Below, one piece after another: positions 1 to 9,503 of a DNA stretch of 64,000 bases. The position numbers were made by a program, and so were the translations under genes. Each line of letters starts with the position of its first letter. Within the stretch, counting starts at the first letter, position 1. The DNA comes from a virus. The notes beneath the pieces were generated by a model. It was given only the letters and a program-made list of their open reading frames with translations, was not told where the DNA came from and did no database searches. The stretch is from positions 13,201 to 77,200 of the IMG/VR virus record IMGVR_UViG_3300044643_002008, one strand, 5' to 3'.

Positions 1-274
1 CTCCACCCCCTCCTCCGCCAAGTATTACTACTTCTATTTCATCTATTCCCTGATGAATCACAAATGAAGTGGTAGAGGTAAATTCATGTATTCGATATCC
101 GTTATAGTCGGTAACAGTTCCGCCACTAGCAGATATTCTGCTAAATGGAAATCCGTCGTTTAGCCACTGGCCAACGTATGGCTTATTTAAAATAGTTTTT
201 TTGGAACCCAGCCAAACACCTGGTAAGGACACTTGCCTAGAGGGGTTGTTTCTTTGATTCCATCTAAGGACCAT
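1..274 (-). CDS. Gly-rich virion/tail-fibre-associated protein, truncated at window edge
   Basis: Not in the ORF track. Manual translation from ATG at 274: MVLRWNQ...SASGGTVTDYNGYRIHEFTSTTSF...IEVVILGGGGGG, open to position 1. The GG-x6-YRIHxFT and VxxGGGGGG motifs are typical of phage Gly-rich domains. Confidence 0.7.
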   Translation of the reverse strand, partial: MVLRWNQRNNPSRQVSLPGVWLGSKKTILNKPYVGQWLNDGFPFSRISASGGTVTDYNGYRIHEFTSTTSFVIHQGIDEIEVVILGGGGGG

Positions 275-275
275 C

Positions 276-632
276 TCAGCTCCGAATTGCGTTTACATAC
301 CCAGTAAGAAGGATTACGTTCGCTGCACTGGCAAAAGCTCTTACAACATGTCCGCCATTCAGCAAAAGTCCAGGGATGACTAAAATAAGGCCGGACTCTG
401 GCTGAACCGACAGTTCAATATTTCCGTCAGCAGCAGTCGGTGTCCCCCATTCGATTGTTAATTTTGATGCGGTTGAAGATGTGTTGTTTGCGTATAGCCA
501 AATTTCATCAAAATTGGTTGAACCAGAAACAGCAGTATGGACCATCACTGATGACATAGTGCTTGTTCCGGTCACCTTTTCTGCAAGGCCGTTTACACTG
601 CCACTAAGAATTTGTTTTGAATAAGTAGCCAT
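276..632 (-). CDS. hypothetical beta-rich virion protein
   Basis: 118-aa ORF tightly packed with its neighbours; beta-strand-like pattern. Confidence 0.6.
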   Translation of the reverse strand: MATYSKQILSGSVNGLAEKVTGTSTMSSVMVHTAVSGSTNFDEIWLYANNTSSTASKLTIEWGTPTAADGNIELSVQPESGLILVIPGLLLNGGHVVRAFASAANVILLTGYVNAIRS

Positions 633-636
633 CTAC

Positions 637-1704
637 CTATTCTACTTCCTTGAGCTCATACCAGCCTTTACCCCAAAGACTCTGTAGGCGAGTGAAGTAC
701 TTCTCGTACATGAGACCCACCGCGTCTAATCCGTACCTATCTTTTGAGTATTTACTAATTAGCGCCCTATCCAAAGACTTGACATTTTCTGCCGCGTCTA
801 CAAACTCTTGCAACGTATGGCATCTATAACCGGTAACCCCGTCAATCACTGTCTCAGTAAAAGCTCCCCAGTCTGTGGAAATAACCGGAGACCCGCAGGC
901 CATTGCCTCGATAGCTACTGTGCCAAACGGCTCTACATAAATAGTCGGGGTAAAGGTGGCAATTGCCCCACCCATGAGCTTTGCCCGCTCTTCTGTCCCA
1001 ACTACCCCTACGTACTCCCCGTAGGAGGGCGGAGTACCCTGTCCAGCGACTACCAGACGCTTTCCTAGGGCCTTACAGACGTCTACGGCTATCTGATAGC
1101 CCTTCCGCTCTATAAGTCGTCCTATGTACAGGTAGTAGTCCTCTGGCTCCTCCTGGAAAGGAAAGTCGTCAACATCTATGTAGCTCGGGATTACGGTGTC
1201 GTAGAACTTGCCGTCGAGGGCGTGAGGGTCGGTCACCTTGGAGCCATAGCAGGAGTGCATCCAGGCATAGGACTCGAAAACCTTGTACTGAGCAAACGAG
1301 CCTCCGTAGCCAATCCCGAACTCAACGCTGAGCTCCTGCGGAAAAGCATCTGCAATTGGTTTTGAGGCATAGCCGGCGATAAGGCAGATAAAATCCTTGT
1401 GCTCTAAACGTTCCTGGATTCCCTTAATAACATTGTCATTGAATTTAACCCAGTGAGGGAGACTCCAATTAAACGACGCGGCGGAGTAGTGATTGCCCCC
1501 TACTGCTGCTAGACGCTCTTCCTCTGTAATGCACTGAACATGTTCGTCACAGGGAGCTTCGTTGAATTCGCCTCCATACAGAAAAACTGTATGACCGAGG
1601 TTTTTCATCATTATGCAGAACTTGCGGACCTTTTCCGTATAAGCACAGGCTGTGAAGTCTTCGGTCGTGTTTGTGTGAGGTAGTGAAACCACATGAAATC
1701 TCAT
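637..1704 (-). CDS. glycosyltransferase family 4 (GT-B fold)
   Basis: YIGRLIERKG and EPFGTVAIEAMACGSPVISTDWGAFTE (E-x7-E) GT4 motifs. Confidence 0.92.
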   Translation of the reverse strand: MRFHVVSLPHTNTTEDFTACAYTEKVRKFCIMMKNLGHTVFLYGGEFNEAPCDEHVQCITEEERLAAVGGNHYSAASFNWSLPHWVKFNDNVIKGIQERLEHKDFICLIAGYASKPIADAFPQELSVEFGIGYGGSFAQYKVFESYAWMHSCYGSKVTDPHALDGKFYDTVIPSYIDVDDFPFQEEPEDYYLYIGRLIERKGYQIAVDVCKALGKRLVVAGQGTPPSYGEYVGVVGTEERAKLMGGAIATFTPTIYVEPFGTVAIEAMACGSPVISTDWGAFTETVIDGVTGYRCHTLQEFVDAAENVKSLDRALISKYSKDRYGLDAVGLMYEKYFTRLQSLWGKGWYELKEVE

Positions 1705-2363
1705 GACTGGATGTTATCCTGGGCGACGCTTCCTACAGAGCCAATACGAGAATCTATTCTGTCGCTACTGCCAGGGTAGATGTTTCTCAACTTCTCACCG
1801 TCTGCCGTCGTTATAGCACCGCCATGAATTACTTTGCCAGGGCTAAATCCGTAACAAGCGTTAATCACGTCGCACACGCCAAACATTGCAATCGATAATC
1901 TTTTGCGACGCCACTTTTCAGCCGTAGTTATTTGCTGAATCATTGGGTCGCCTGCGCGCCAGTTAATCATTGAGGCCCATGTAGACATGTATTCTTTTTC
2001 AAGAACGCGAGAAGCCTCAGCGCCTTCTAGTACTGTTCCCCACGGATATCTGCCATCTGCAAAACCAAGCAATATAAAATGTGCTGGCTGAATATGTCTG
2101 CCATCAAGAAGAACAAACCACATTTTGGTCATTTCTTCTTCAGGGCCAAACACTTCCTCTCGGTAGTAATTCGCTATGAGGCGGCCATCTTCGTCAACTT
2201 CTCCCCAGCCCCAAAGGGTTTTTTTGCCAGGAAGTTCCTCGTCTGCGGTGTACCACCTCTTCGGTGGAAGCTCACCGTCAGTTGAAAGCCAACGGATATC
2301 GAGGAAACGGTCGTTAAGTTTTTTGCCTGTATCAACGGCATATGTAGAAGGTAGGTTTGCCAT
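1701..2363 (-). CDS. hypothetical protein with possible C-terminal GNAT-like domain
   Basis: IQQITTAEKWRRKRLSIAM resembles a degenerate GNAT motif A, followed by HGGAITTADG. Confidence 0.45.
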   Translation of the reverse strand: MANLPSTYAVDTGKKLNDRFLDIRWLSTDGELPPKRWYTADEELPGKKTLWGWGEVDEDGRLIANYYREEVFGPEEEMTKMWFVLLDGRHIQPAHFILLGFADGRYPWGTVLEGAEASRVLEKEYMSTWASMINWRAGDPMIQQITTAEKWRRKRLSIAMFGVCDVINACYGFSPGKVIHGGAITTADGEKLRNIYPGSSDRIDSRIGSVGSVAQDNIQS

Positions 2364-2375
2364 ACGGCAAGACTA

Positions 2376-3062
2376 TCAGTCGTCGGCGAACCAAGGCTCC
2401 CAAGGCTTAGCCGAGTCAACTTCAATGCTGTGAATACCAGTGTAGGCAACCGAGATTGTGACCTTTGCGTCGTCTTCGTAGCCAGTCCAATCACCCTCAG
2501 AGTTGTAAACCCACAACTGAAGGAATTCGTCGGTATTCATGATTGCCACATTTGCAAGGTAGGTCTGTGCGTCAAACTCTTCTTCGCTCCAACTGGTGTT
2601 GATTGCGCGAGCCTTGTCAATGAGTGGCTTAGCGGTGCTGCGAAGGCTTAATTCATTTCCGAAATACCCTGAACTTGTGGAGAACGCACCAAATCTGCCT
2701 TCAGCATCGTCTGGGTTTCCAAGCCACATTGTTGGCTTAAGAAGGTCGCTTGGCCCATCAGAGTAACCAACATCCTCAAAGCCATACATGTAATCGCTTG
2801 GGTTGTCGGTGTTGTCGTGTTGAGTCTTGGAGTTCTTTGTCTTGCTTGCTGCAAGCACCAAAGTTCTTTCAGTCGTCAAAAGGTCCACAGTTTCCCCGTC
2901 GCCCTGCCAAAGACCTGATGTATTACCAAACATCTGCTGTGTAGTAAACCAAATGGACTCAATCTTGACTGGGAATGGAAAAGACACATTCAGGAAAGAA
3001 GGGTTATTGATTTTTACGGTCCAGTCGTAATTGACAATCGATAATGGGATAATTCCAGACAT
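2376..3062 (-). CDS. hypothetical protein
   Basis: 228-aa ORF with an AGGAG RBS upstream. Confidence 0.7.
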   Translation of the reverse strand: MSGIIPLSIVNYDWTVKINNPSFLNVSFPFPVKIESIWFTTQQMFGNTSGLWQGDGETVDLLTTERTLVLAASKTKNSKTQHDNTDNPSDYMYGFEDVGYSDGPSDLLKPTMWLGNPDDAEGRFGAFSTSSGYFGNELSLRSTAKPLIDKARAINTSWSEEEFDAQTYLANVAIMNTDEFLQLWVYNSEGDWTGYEDDAKVTISVAYTGIHSIEVDSAKPWEPWFADD

Positions 3063-3137
3063 TTGCTCTCCTATTGATTAATAGCTGGAGTAATTATGAC
3101 ATATTTTTGCCTGCTTCTAGGAAGAAACTAAGGGCTG

Positions 3138-3419
3138 TCAACCCCACCAGAAATGTTTCAATATGGAAAGACTGGCCAAGATGACCCATGCCACATTAAA
3201 TAAGATGATTGTTGGCAGCGTCTTGCGAGTCGATGTCCAGATGAGTGCCACGCTTGAAATAATGGCAAAGATGTACAGCCACCAAAACTGTTTGCCAAGA
3301 AGAAGGCCGGGGAAGATGATGGCAATCTTGGTTGCAAACCCCCAAGCCTCGACCGTATTGACGCGGTTCCAGTAGCTCTTTGAGCTCATCGTTTTTACAG
3401 CATTAAGAATCTTGTTCAT
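3138..3419 (-). CDS. small membrane protein
   Basis: About 3 hydrophobic segments. Confidence 0.65.
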   Translation of the reverse strand: MNKILNAVKTMSSKSYWNRVNTVEAWGFATKIAIIFPGLLLGKQFWWLYIFAIISSVALIWTSTRKTLPTIILFNVAWVILASLSILKHFWWG

Positions 3420-3597
3420 CTTTTATCCTTTTCCGCTCAAGCTGGTCAAGGTGCCAAAGAAGAACCATGGACTTTCCGCCAAGAAAATGAACTTTCCACA
3501 AGAACTCTTTCCAGCCCTCTTCCGTGTTGGGGAAGTACTTGTTGTCGGTTCTGTACCTATAGTTGTCTGCCTGGAAGGTGTAAGTGTCCTCAGTCAC
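3403..3597 (-). CDS. hypothetical protein (GTG start at 3597 preferred)
   Basis: Fills the gap between neighbours with short overlaps at both ends. Confidence 0.5.
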   Translation of the reverse strand: MTEDTYTFQADNYRYRTDNKYFPNTEEGWKEFLWKVHFLGGKSMVLLWHLDQLERKRIKDEQDS

Positions 3598-4375
3598 GGT
3601 TAAACCATCCCTTTTTCTTCTCAAGAGAGGAGTCGACAAACTTTGAGGCCTTTCGGTACGCAACACCAGACCCACCGTTTGATGGAACGGTTCCGCCAGT
3701 CATATACATATTCGTAGAAGCATATTTAAAGAACGACTCGTCGACATATTCTATTTTACGTATGTCGTTTTTTCTCTGCACCGGGATTAGATGCACCAGG
3801 GGAGTGCCTTGCTTAATCACGAATTCAGAATCGGTTTTCACATTTAGCACAACGTTCGCCACCTGATAGAAGTCCGTATTTACTATCGAGGGGAGAACCG
3901 AGTAGTTTTCGTTTTCTTCGTAAAATGTGGGGATGAACAGACACGACCATCCTGGGGCGGTTTGTATTCTCCATGGCGTCAAAAGTTTTGGATAGGACAT
4001 CTTCTCTATTTTTCTAGATTCCGTCATTGGGCATGAGCCTGTTTGAGCAAAGTGAAAACCGGAAGCCATAGGGTGCTCAATACTCGGGTTGAACTCGTCG
4101 GCTGAAATTTCCCACACTCCGGCATTTACATTCGGCCTAAATCTGAAGGTTGTCCAAGCCCGAATTGTTACGCCAAATTCTAAAAAATCAGATATTCCGG
4201 AACACGAACGAATAGAACCTGGTCCTTTGTGAATTCTTCTAAACCAACCAGGAAGGCTTGTTTTAGAATTTATATAAGGAGCATCGTTGTAAAACCTATT
4301 GTCTACCGTTGTGATTCTAAGATGTCCAGGTTTAACTTTTTTAAGCTTGTTAATATTAAAACCTTTAATTTTCAT
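3590..4375 (-). CDS. DUF6065-like / dUTPase-like beta-fold protein
   Basis: PWRIQTAPGWSCLF...IVNTD...IKQGTPLVHLIP; this type of protein is commonly seen beside phage 2OG oxygenases. Confidence 0.55.
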   Translation of the reverse strand: MKIKGFNINKLKKVKPGHLRITTVDNRFYNDAPYINSKTSLPGWFRRIHKGPGSIRSCSGISDFLEFGVTIRAWTTFRFRPNVNAGVWEISADEFNPSIEHPMASGFHFAQTGSCPMTESRKIEKMSYPKLLTPWRIQTAPGWSCLFIPTFYEENENYSVLPSIVNTDFYQVANVVLNVKTDSEFVIKQGTPLVHLIPVQRKNDIRKIEYVDESFFKYASTNMYMTGGTVPSNGGSGVAYRKASKFVDSSLEKKKGWFNRD

Positions 4376-5846
4376 TAACTGTCTCCATTAGGGCCTGTTT
4401 GTGGTCAACAAGCTCTCGTGAATAGCGTGAAGTCCTGGCGTTATCAGACTTTTTTTCAACGACGCTGCGTATGTTAAACCTATCCATAGCTAGCGAGCTG
4501 GGGTAAGAATTTATCAATCCCTGCCCTTGGGCAACGTGAACAAAATGTCTGGTCAAAAACATAAGATTATTACTGTATGGGATGTCTAAATGACCTGGAG
4601 CTTTTTCTGACCATAGGTCGATAATGCTTTGCAACGAATCAGATACTGGAGCGGAAGCGGTGTCTTTCCAGAAATCTGTGTCCGTCCTGTCTGACATATA
4701 GTGAAGTCGAATCATGTCTCTTATGTTGAGCATCATTGACTCCATCTTGTTGTTGTAGCTGGCTACTAGTTTGTTTGCGCCTGGCACGAAAGACGAAGAG
4801 TACTGAGCTATATGCATGGCCTGGATTATCGTGCTACCAATGCTCGTAGCTTCTAGTGGTTCAACAAACGATGAAGCAAGACCGACACATACGCAGTTTG
4901 CTTTCCACTGCTCGGAGTAGTAACCAGGGTCAAACCTGAATGAACGCGCTGGCTCTATGTGGTATCCAGAAATTTTTCTAGCTTCTTCAACTGCTTGGTC
5001 ATCAGACAGGTGAGCGGAAGAATATACGTATCCATTTCCTCTGCGGCTTTGGGTTGGAATTTCCCACATCCATCCAGACGACGCTGCTCTTGCTCGTGTG
5101 TAGGGCCTGATTTTTCCATTAGGGTCTGCTTCTGTAGGAAATGCAATAGCCGAGTCAACAATTAGCTCATCAGAAAAAGACTTCCAGCTTTTGTTGTCAA
5201 GCATGCCCATGAGTTCTCGCTTGAATCCTGTCGCATCTATCCACATATCGGCGGCGAGTGTCATCCCAGAAACTAGAGTTGCTGACTCTATGTTGCCGTT
5301 GGTGTCTAGGTTTAGTGACCCTATTTCATCATCGACAAACTTAATCATTCTCTTAAAGCAAATACCTGTCAAGAAATCGTTAAGCATGAACGTATCAAAG
5401 TGATACTGGTTCGTGTTGTTGTGTAGGTGTTCTTTAATTATTTTGTCCTGAACCAAGCCTATAGAGCCGGTTTGGGTTGTAAGCATTTTTTCGTTTTCCA
5501 TAAAGCTTAAGTACTCGCCAATAAGTCCCCAGGCTTCAATTTCTTCTATTCCCGCAACACTGTGGAAATAGTCGGGAATTTTGTCTGTCCAGTTTTCAAA
5601 ACGTATTCCGTACTTGTGTGTTGCGCCGGTGTTCTTTATTAGCTCATCGACACCAATGTCGCAGCGTTCCATAAACATTTTCCAGTGCTCTGTACTGCCT
5701 TCGCCTACGCCAACAATGCCAATCTTGCTAGAGGAGATATTTGTTATCTCGGCATTCGGAAAAGATTGTCTTAAAACTATGGATGTAATAAGTCCGGCTG
5801 TACCGGAACCAACAACACAAAAACTTATCTGATTAGGATGTTGCAT
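4365..5846 (-). CDS. flavin-dependent tryptophan-halogenase-family enzyme
   Basis: GSGTAG FAD motif; IVGVGEGS; ATHKYGIRFENW (catalytic Lys position); WMWEIP; FVEPLEATSI. Start taken at MQHPNQ (5846). Confidence 0.9.
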   Translation of the reverse strand: MQHPNQISFCVVGSGTAGLITSIVLRQSFPNAEITNISSSKIGIVGVGEGSTEHWKMFMERCDIGVDELIKNTGATHKYGIRFENWTDKIPDYFHSVAGIEEIEAWGLIGEYLSFMENEKMLTTQTGSIGLVQDKIIKEHLHNNTNQYHFDTFMLNDFLTGICFKRMIKFVDDEIGSLNLDTNGNIESATLVSGMTLAADMWIDATGFKRELMGMLDNKSWKSFSDELIVDSAIAFPTEADPNGKIRPYTRARAASSGWMWEIPTQSRRGNGYVYSSAHLSDDQAVEEARKISGYHIEPARSFRFDPGYYSEQWKANCVCVGLASSFVEPLEATSIGSTIIQAMHIAQYSSSFVPGANKLVASYNNKMESMMLNIRDMIRLHYMSDRTDTDFWKDTASAPVSDSLQSIIDLWSEKAPGHLDIPYSNNLMFLTRHFVHVAQGQGLINSYPSSLAMDRFNIRSVVEKKSDNARTSRYSRELVDHKQALMETVNEN

Positions 5847-6960
5847 CAAAAAACCTCGCTGCTTTAAAACCGTTACGTACGGTCTCTGTCTGATGACTAA
5901 AGCGGACAATCCCTAGGCTTTTGTATTTTCCCTGTGAGAAGCACGAATCGTATATATCTTGAGTTGTAACTTCATTTAATGGGGTTGTCGGTATTATTTC
6001 GTTTACGTAAATAGCAATGTTGTTTTGATTTATTTGTTTTTCTTCTGTTTTTAGGTCTTGCTCTATCTCTGGGTGAGCAGGATGTTGAGCTTCCAAAGAA
6101 GATAAAGTGTTGTAGAAAAGCTGTTTCTTTAGGTGGTTTTTTATAGATAAAGGTAAATTTCCTGTTTCAACAAAACCGTGGCGAGGGTTTCCATACCCCC
6201 TCATAAATCTTTCTGTTGGCATTATGACTTCTGATTCTTTTAGTTCTTGAATCATTTCTTCAGTGATACCTAGAGCCTCAATAAATAGATGAGCTTTTTC
6301 TGCGTAGTATTCTGAGGTTAATTCTGCTAAATATAGGTCTCGCCACTCGCACAACTGCCGCAGTATTCCAGAAAGAGTTTTTGCAGCCAAAGTTACACAA
6401 GGCCAGTTCCTCCAGGACATGTCGATTCCGTGTATGTGCTGCGAAGTTATGTGAGATACACCGTTTATGTTTATCATTGGAAGAAGAGAGAGACGTGAAA
6501 GCAGGGAGTAATCCATGGGTGTTGGTTTTATTCCATCAGTAACATCATGCATCCGCGGACCATACATGTTCCTGTCGCATCTTTCGCCTACAGGAACGGG
6601 CCATTTTGTATTTGGCCTATCTACCATTTCTACGGAATTTAAAAAACCCAAAAATTCATGAGCTCTAAGTGGTCTATTTTCCCAAAAATCATAGTTTTCT
6701 TCATATGAAGGTAAGTGAAGAACGTATTCCTCACCAGTGTCAAGAACAGCGGTCAGTCCCCATGTACTGGTTTGCTCTAAGTACATTTTTTCAATTCTTA
6801 TTATTGTTCCGGCAGAATGGGCAAACGCTTCAAAGTCTTGTCTTTCCCCAAATCCTTCGGGGTGTTCGTATTTAATTGTCAAGCTCGAGCATGGGCCAAC
6901 AAGGGCAAAACACCCATTAGGTGCAACTGTGAGTTCGGAAATGGGTCTTACTGAAACCAT
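5833..6960 (-). CDS. hypothetical protein in the modification cluster
   Basis: 375-aa ORF overlapping both neighbours (translational coupling). Confidence 0.7.
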   Translation of the reverse strand: MVSVRPISELTVAPNGCFALVGPCSSLTIKYEHPEGFGERQDFEAFAHSAGTIIRIEKMYLEQTSTWGLTAVLDTGEEYVLHLPSYEENYDFWENRPLRAHEFLGFLNSVEMVDRPNTKWPVPVGERCDRNMYGPRMHDVTDGIKPTPMDYSLLSRLSLLPMININGVSHITSQHIHGIDMSWRNWPCVTLAAKTLSGILRQLCEWRDLYLAELTSEYYAEKAHLFIEALGITEEMIQELKESEVIMPTERFMRGYGNPRHGFVETGNLPLSIKNHLKKQLFYNTLSSLEAQHPAHPEIEQDLKTEEKQINQNNIAIYVNEIIPTTPLNEVTTQDIYDSCFSQGKYKSLGIVRFSHQTETVRNGFKAARFFDATS

Positions 6961-7514
6961 GTCACAAGACTACACTTTGTTCCGGACGTTACTGGGTGAG
7001 CTATATGGACATACGGAAAATTAGACGGAAAAATAACAACGTCGCCAACCTCTGGCTTTATCTTTACTCCAAAAAATGGGAACTCTAATTCTCCGCCAGA
7101 TTTAGGCTCTTCCAAAAAAGCAACAAGGCTAACTATTCTGCTGTTTGCAGGAGAATGGTCGTAATGGGAGTGATATTCCCCTCCTCCCGAGTACTTAAGA
7201 AGTCTCCACCCTTCGTATCCTGAAGTAACAACTAAGTGCTCTTTCCTGTAATCCGGCAGTATTTCATCAATAATGAGACTGGAAATCTTCTGAAATTTCT
7301 GTGCGGCAGGGGAGTCAGAAGACAAAAGTCCACTTATGTTTGCTTCAGAAGAAGTCCTGTAGCTATTTATAAATCCGTTACCAACCAGAGAGTTGGTCCA
7401 CTGAATTTCTGACCACTGATTGTTGATTTCTGAATTGACGTCATTCATGAATGCGGCAGCGTCTATGGCTTTTTTGTACACATTTATGCATACTGCTGGT
7501 TGCAGAATTTCCAT
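6948..7514 (-). CDS. 2OG-Fe(II) oxygenase (prolyl-hydroxylase-like)
   Basis: LKY...HYD...GGELEF...FPSNFPYVHIAHPVTSGTK (HxD...H...K). Confidence 0.9.
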   Translation of the reverse strand: MEILQPAVCINVYKKAIDAAAFMNDVNSEINNQWSEIQWTNSLVGNGFINSYRTSSEANISGLLSSDSPAAQKFQKISSLIIDEILPDYRKEHLVVTSGYEGWRLLKYSGGGEYHSHYDHSPANSRIVSLVAFLEEPKSGGELEFPFFGVKIKPEVGDVVIFPSNFPYVHIAHPVTSGTKCSLVTWFQ

Positions 7515-7520
7515 TGTTTT

Positions 7521-7910
7521 TTACTTTTCGTGAATGCTGTTAGAAAAATATTCTTTTTCGTTAACGTAAACATAAAACCGTTTTTCTAAACAGTCTTTGT
7601 GTCTAATTCTGAATTTTACAATATGTTTTTCTTGTATTTTTGGATAGAAAATTTCGTCATCAATCTTTAAAAAACAGCTAGTGGACATATCTGTAAATTC
7701 ATCGTGGATATCTAGCGACCAGATTCTTCCGGAAACATAGTCTTCAGAGTATGAAATATCCCTAACCCTGGGCTTTGAAACTATTTGTATTTCAGTTGCC
7801 GCTTCTTCTACTCTAGTTTCGAGAGAAAAAGTTCTTGCCAGAATAATTGCTTCTTCAGGAATCAATTCATCTATGACAAGATTTTTAGGGATAGAAATAT
7901 ACCTGTCCAT
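7521..7910 (-). CDS. hypothetical protein
   Basis: 129-aa ORF, coupled to neighbours. Confidence 0.6.
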   Translation of the reverse strand: MDRYISIPKNLVIDELIPEEAIILARTFSLETRVEEAATEIQIVSKPRVRDISYSEDYVSGRIWSLDIHDEFTDMSTSCFLKIDDEIFYPKIQEKHIVKFRIRHKDCLEKRFYVYVNEKEYFSNSIHEK

Positions 7911-8143
7911 TATTCCATTTCTGCTTTTTTGGCTTTCAATGATTCAATGAGGTTGATGTAGTGTCTGACTCTTCCGGTCGGAGTCTCCATGTCAAGCGGT
8001 TCACCCCATGTTGTTTCATCAAACTCGTCTGGGTCAACGCCTATCTGCATCAAAATAGAGTACAAACCTATTTGTGAATTGCTTATTTCAATATTGAGCA
8101 ATCTTATTTTGTCTGCAGTGCTTATTCCGTCAAATATTCCCAT
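7910..8143 (-). CDS. small hypothetical protein (possible fibre chaperone)
   Basis: 77 aa, AGGAG RBS, directly after the Gly/His-rich gene. Confidence 0.55.
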   Translation of the reverse strand: MGIFDGISTADKIRLLNIEISNSQIGLYSILMQIGVDPDEFDETTWGEPLDMETPTGRVRHYINLIESLKAKKAEME

Positions 8144-8152
8144 ATTTTTCTC

Positions 8153-9502
8153 CTATTGGTTAAGTATTATGTATGTTGAGCCATTAGATGCAGAAAAAGT
8201 ATCCGCTTCCGCGGTCGTTCCTGCGCGAACATCATAGTTTAACCCACTTGGGGTCTGTTCTGTAATTATGATGATTGCGCCTCCGCCACCTGCGCCGCCC
8301 CTTTTGCCAGTGCCTCCGGTAGCCGCAGGAGAGCCTGTGCCGCCTGCTCCACCCGCTCCTCCAGCACCACCAGCATAATGGGGGCCGGGAGTACAGCAAG
8401 GAGCATGGATAGTCGCTGAATGGTTGTGCGAAGTGTGGGGAGCATGAATTACGGCCGAGTGGTTATGAGTGTGCTGATGGTGAAAAGCTGGAACATGTTT
8501 GTTTCCAGGGTCATGGGCGTGTCCGCCGTGTGTGTGCGGTTCGTGAATAGTCGCAGAGTGATTATGTGATGTGTGGGGCGCGTGAATCACAGCCGAGTGG
8601 TGATGATGGTCCGTATACCCAGGGGCAGCAGCTCCGGTCGAGCCGGTCGAGCCGTTTGGTCCAGCTGGGGACGTGGTTCCAACCGAGCCAGTAGCGCCGA
8701 CCATACCAATAGACATAATCGTCCCTGTGCCAACAATATGCTTTGCGATTATTCCTACGGTTCCTCCGCCTGCGCCTCCCGCACCTCCAGCGCCTCCAGT
8801 TGCAGCAATTGGTGTGGTTGGAGCGGAGCCAGCACTTCCAGTATTACCCGTAGCGCCACGTCCTCCTGGAGTGCCAACGGATGTTGCGTTAGGAGGCCAT
8901 GCTCCGTTGCTTCCAGCAGAACCTGCGCTTCCTGCTTTGCCGGGCCACGTGCTCGTAAATCCTGGTGAGTCAGGGCCGTTTGTATACGAAGTAACTGCAG
9001 TTCCCGTAGAGCCCGTAGTCCCAGCAGAACCTCCGGCAATCATCACTGGAGTTATGTGTCCAAATGTTGCATCGAACGAAACACCTGTTAGGGACTCAAC
9101 TCTTCTGACCAAAAACTCTGGCAAAACCGTAATACCAGGACTTGTTGCTCCCCCGCCCTGTCCGCCTAGACGGTAGGCAATAGCTGAAGACATATTTCCA
9201 GCCAGCGTTCCAGTCGAAGACGCGGAGACATGAGAAGACATCGTTCCGTTAGTGGAGCCAGGAGTGTTTCCGGTAACGGCTCCGATTCCAACAACTCCGT
9301 TTATTGTCGCTGTGTCTTTAACAAAAATACGAAAACCGTTAGTCAGCAAGACGTTGCCAAGTGGGACATTTAGATTGTTGTAATACCTATCGGACGTAAG
9401 GGTGACTGTTCCGCTAATCGTGACGTCTCCATGCATTCCTGTTCCGTAGATAGCATCATTTCCAATACGGGATGCACTCGGTTCAATTCTTGAAACAGGC
9501 AT
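8153..9502 (-). CDS. Gly-rich putative adhesin with His-rich insert
   Basis: Poly-Gly tracts (GGAGGAGGAGGG) flank a 77-aa segment with 25 His; N-terminal domain paralogous to 9504..10268. Confidence 0.7.
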   Translation of the reverse strand: MPVSRIEPSASRIGNDAIYGTGMHGDVTISGTVTLTSDRYYNNLNVPLGNVLLTNGFRIFVKDTATINGVVGIGAVTGNTPGSTNGTMSSHVSASSTGTLAGNMSSAIAYRLGGQGGGATSPGITVLPEFLVRRVESLTGVSFDATFGHITPVMIAGGSAGTTGSTGTAVTSYTNGPDSPGFTSTWPGKAGSAGSAGSNGAWPPNATSVGTPGGRGATGNTGSAGSAPTTPIAATGGAGGAGGAGGGTVGIIAKHIVGTGTIMSIGMVGATGSVGTTSPAGPNGSTGSTGAAAPGYTDHHHHSAVIHAPHTSHNHSATIHEPHTHGGHAHDPGNKHVPAFHHQHTHNHSAVIHAPHTSHNHSATIHAPCCTPGPHYAGGAGGAGGAGGTGSPAATGGTGKRGGAGGGGAIIIITEQTPSGLNYDVRAGTTAEADTFSASNGSTYIILNQ

Positions 9503-9503
9503 A

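Noticed and set aside
6948-7514. Oxygenase as a canonical collagen prolyl 4-hydroxylase for the fibre
   Set aside because: Fibre prolines are mostly in the X position (G-P-T), not the X-Pro-Gly context, so the substrate is left open.
8405-8599. His repeat pair as a DGR template/variable repeat
   Set aside because: Differences are synonymous third-position changes, not adenine-specific, and no reverse transcriptase is in the window.
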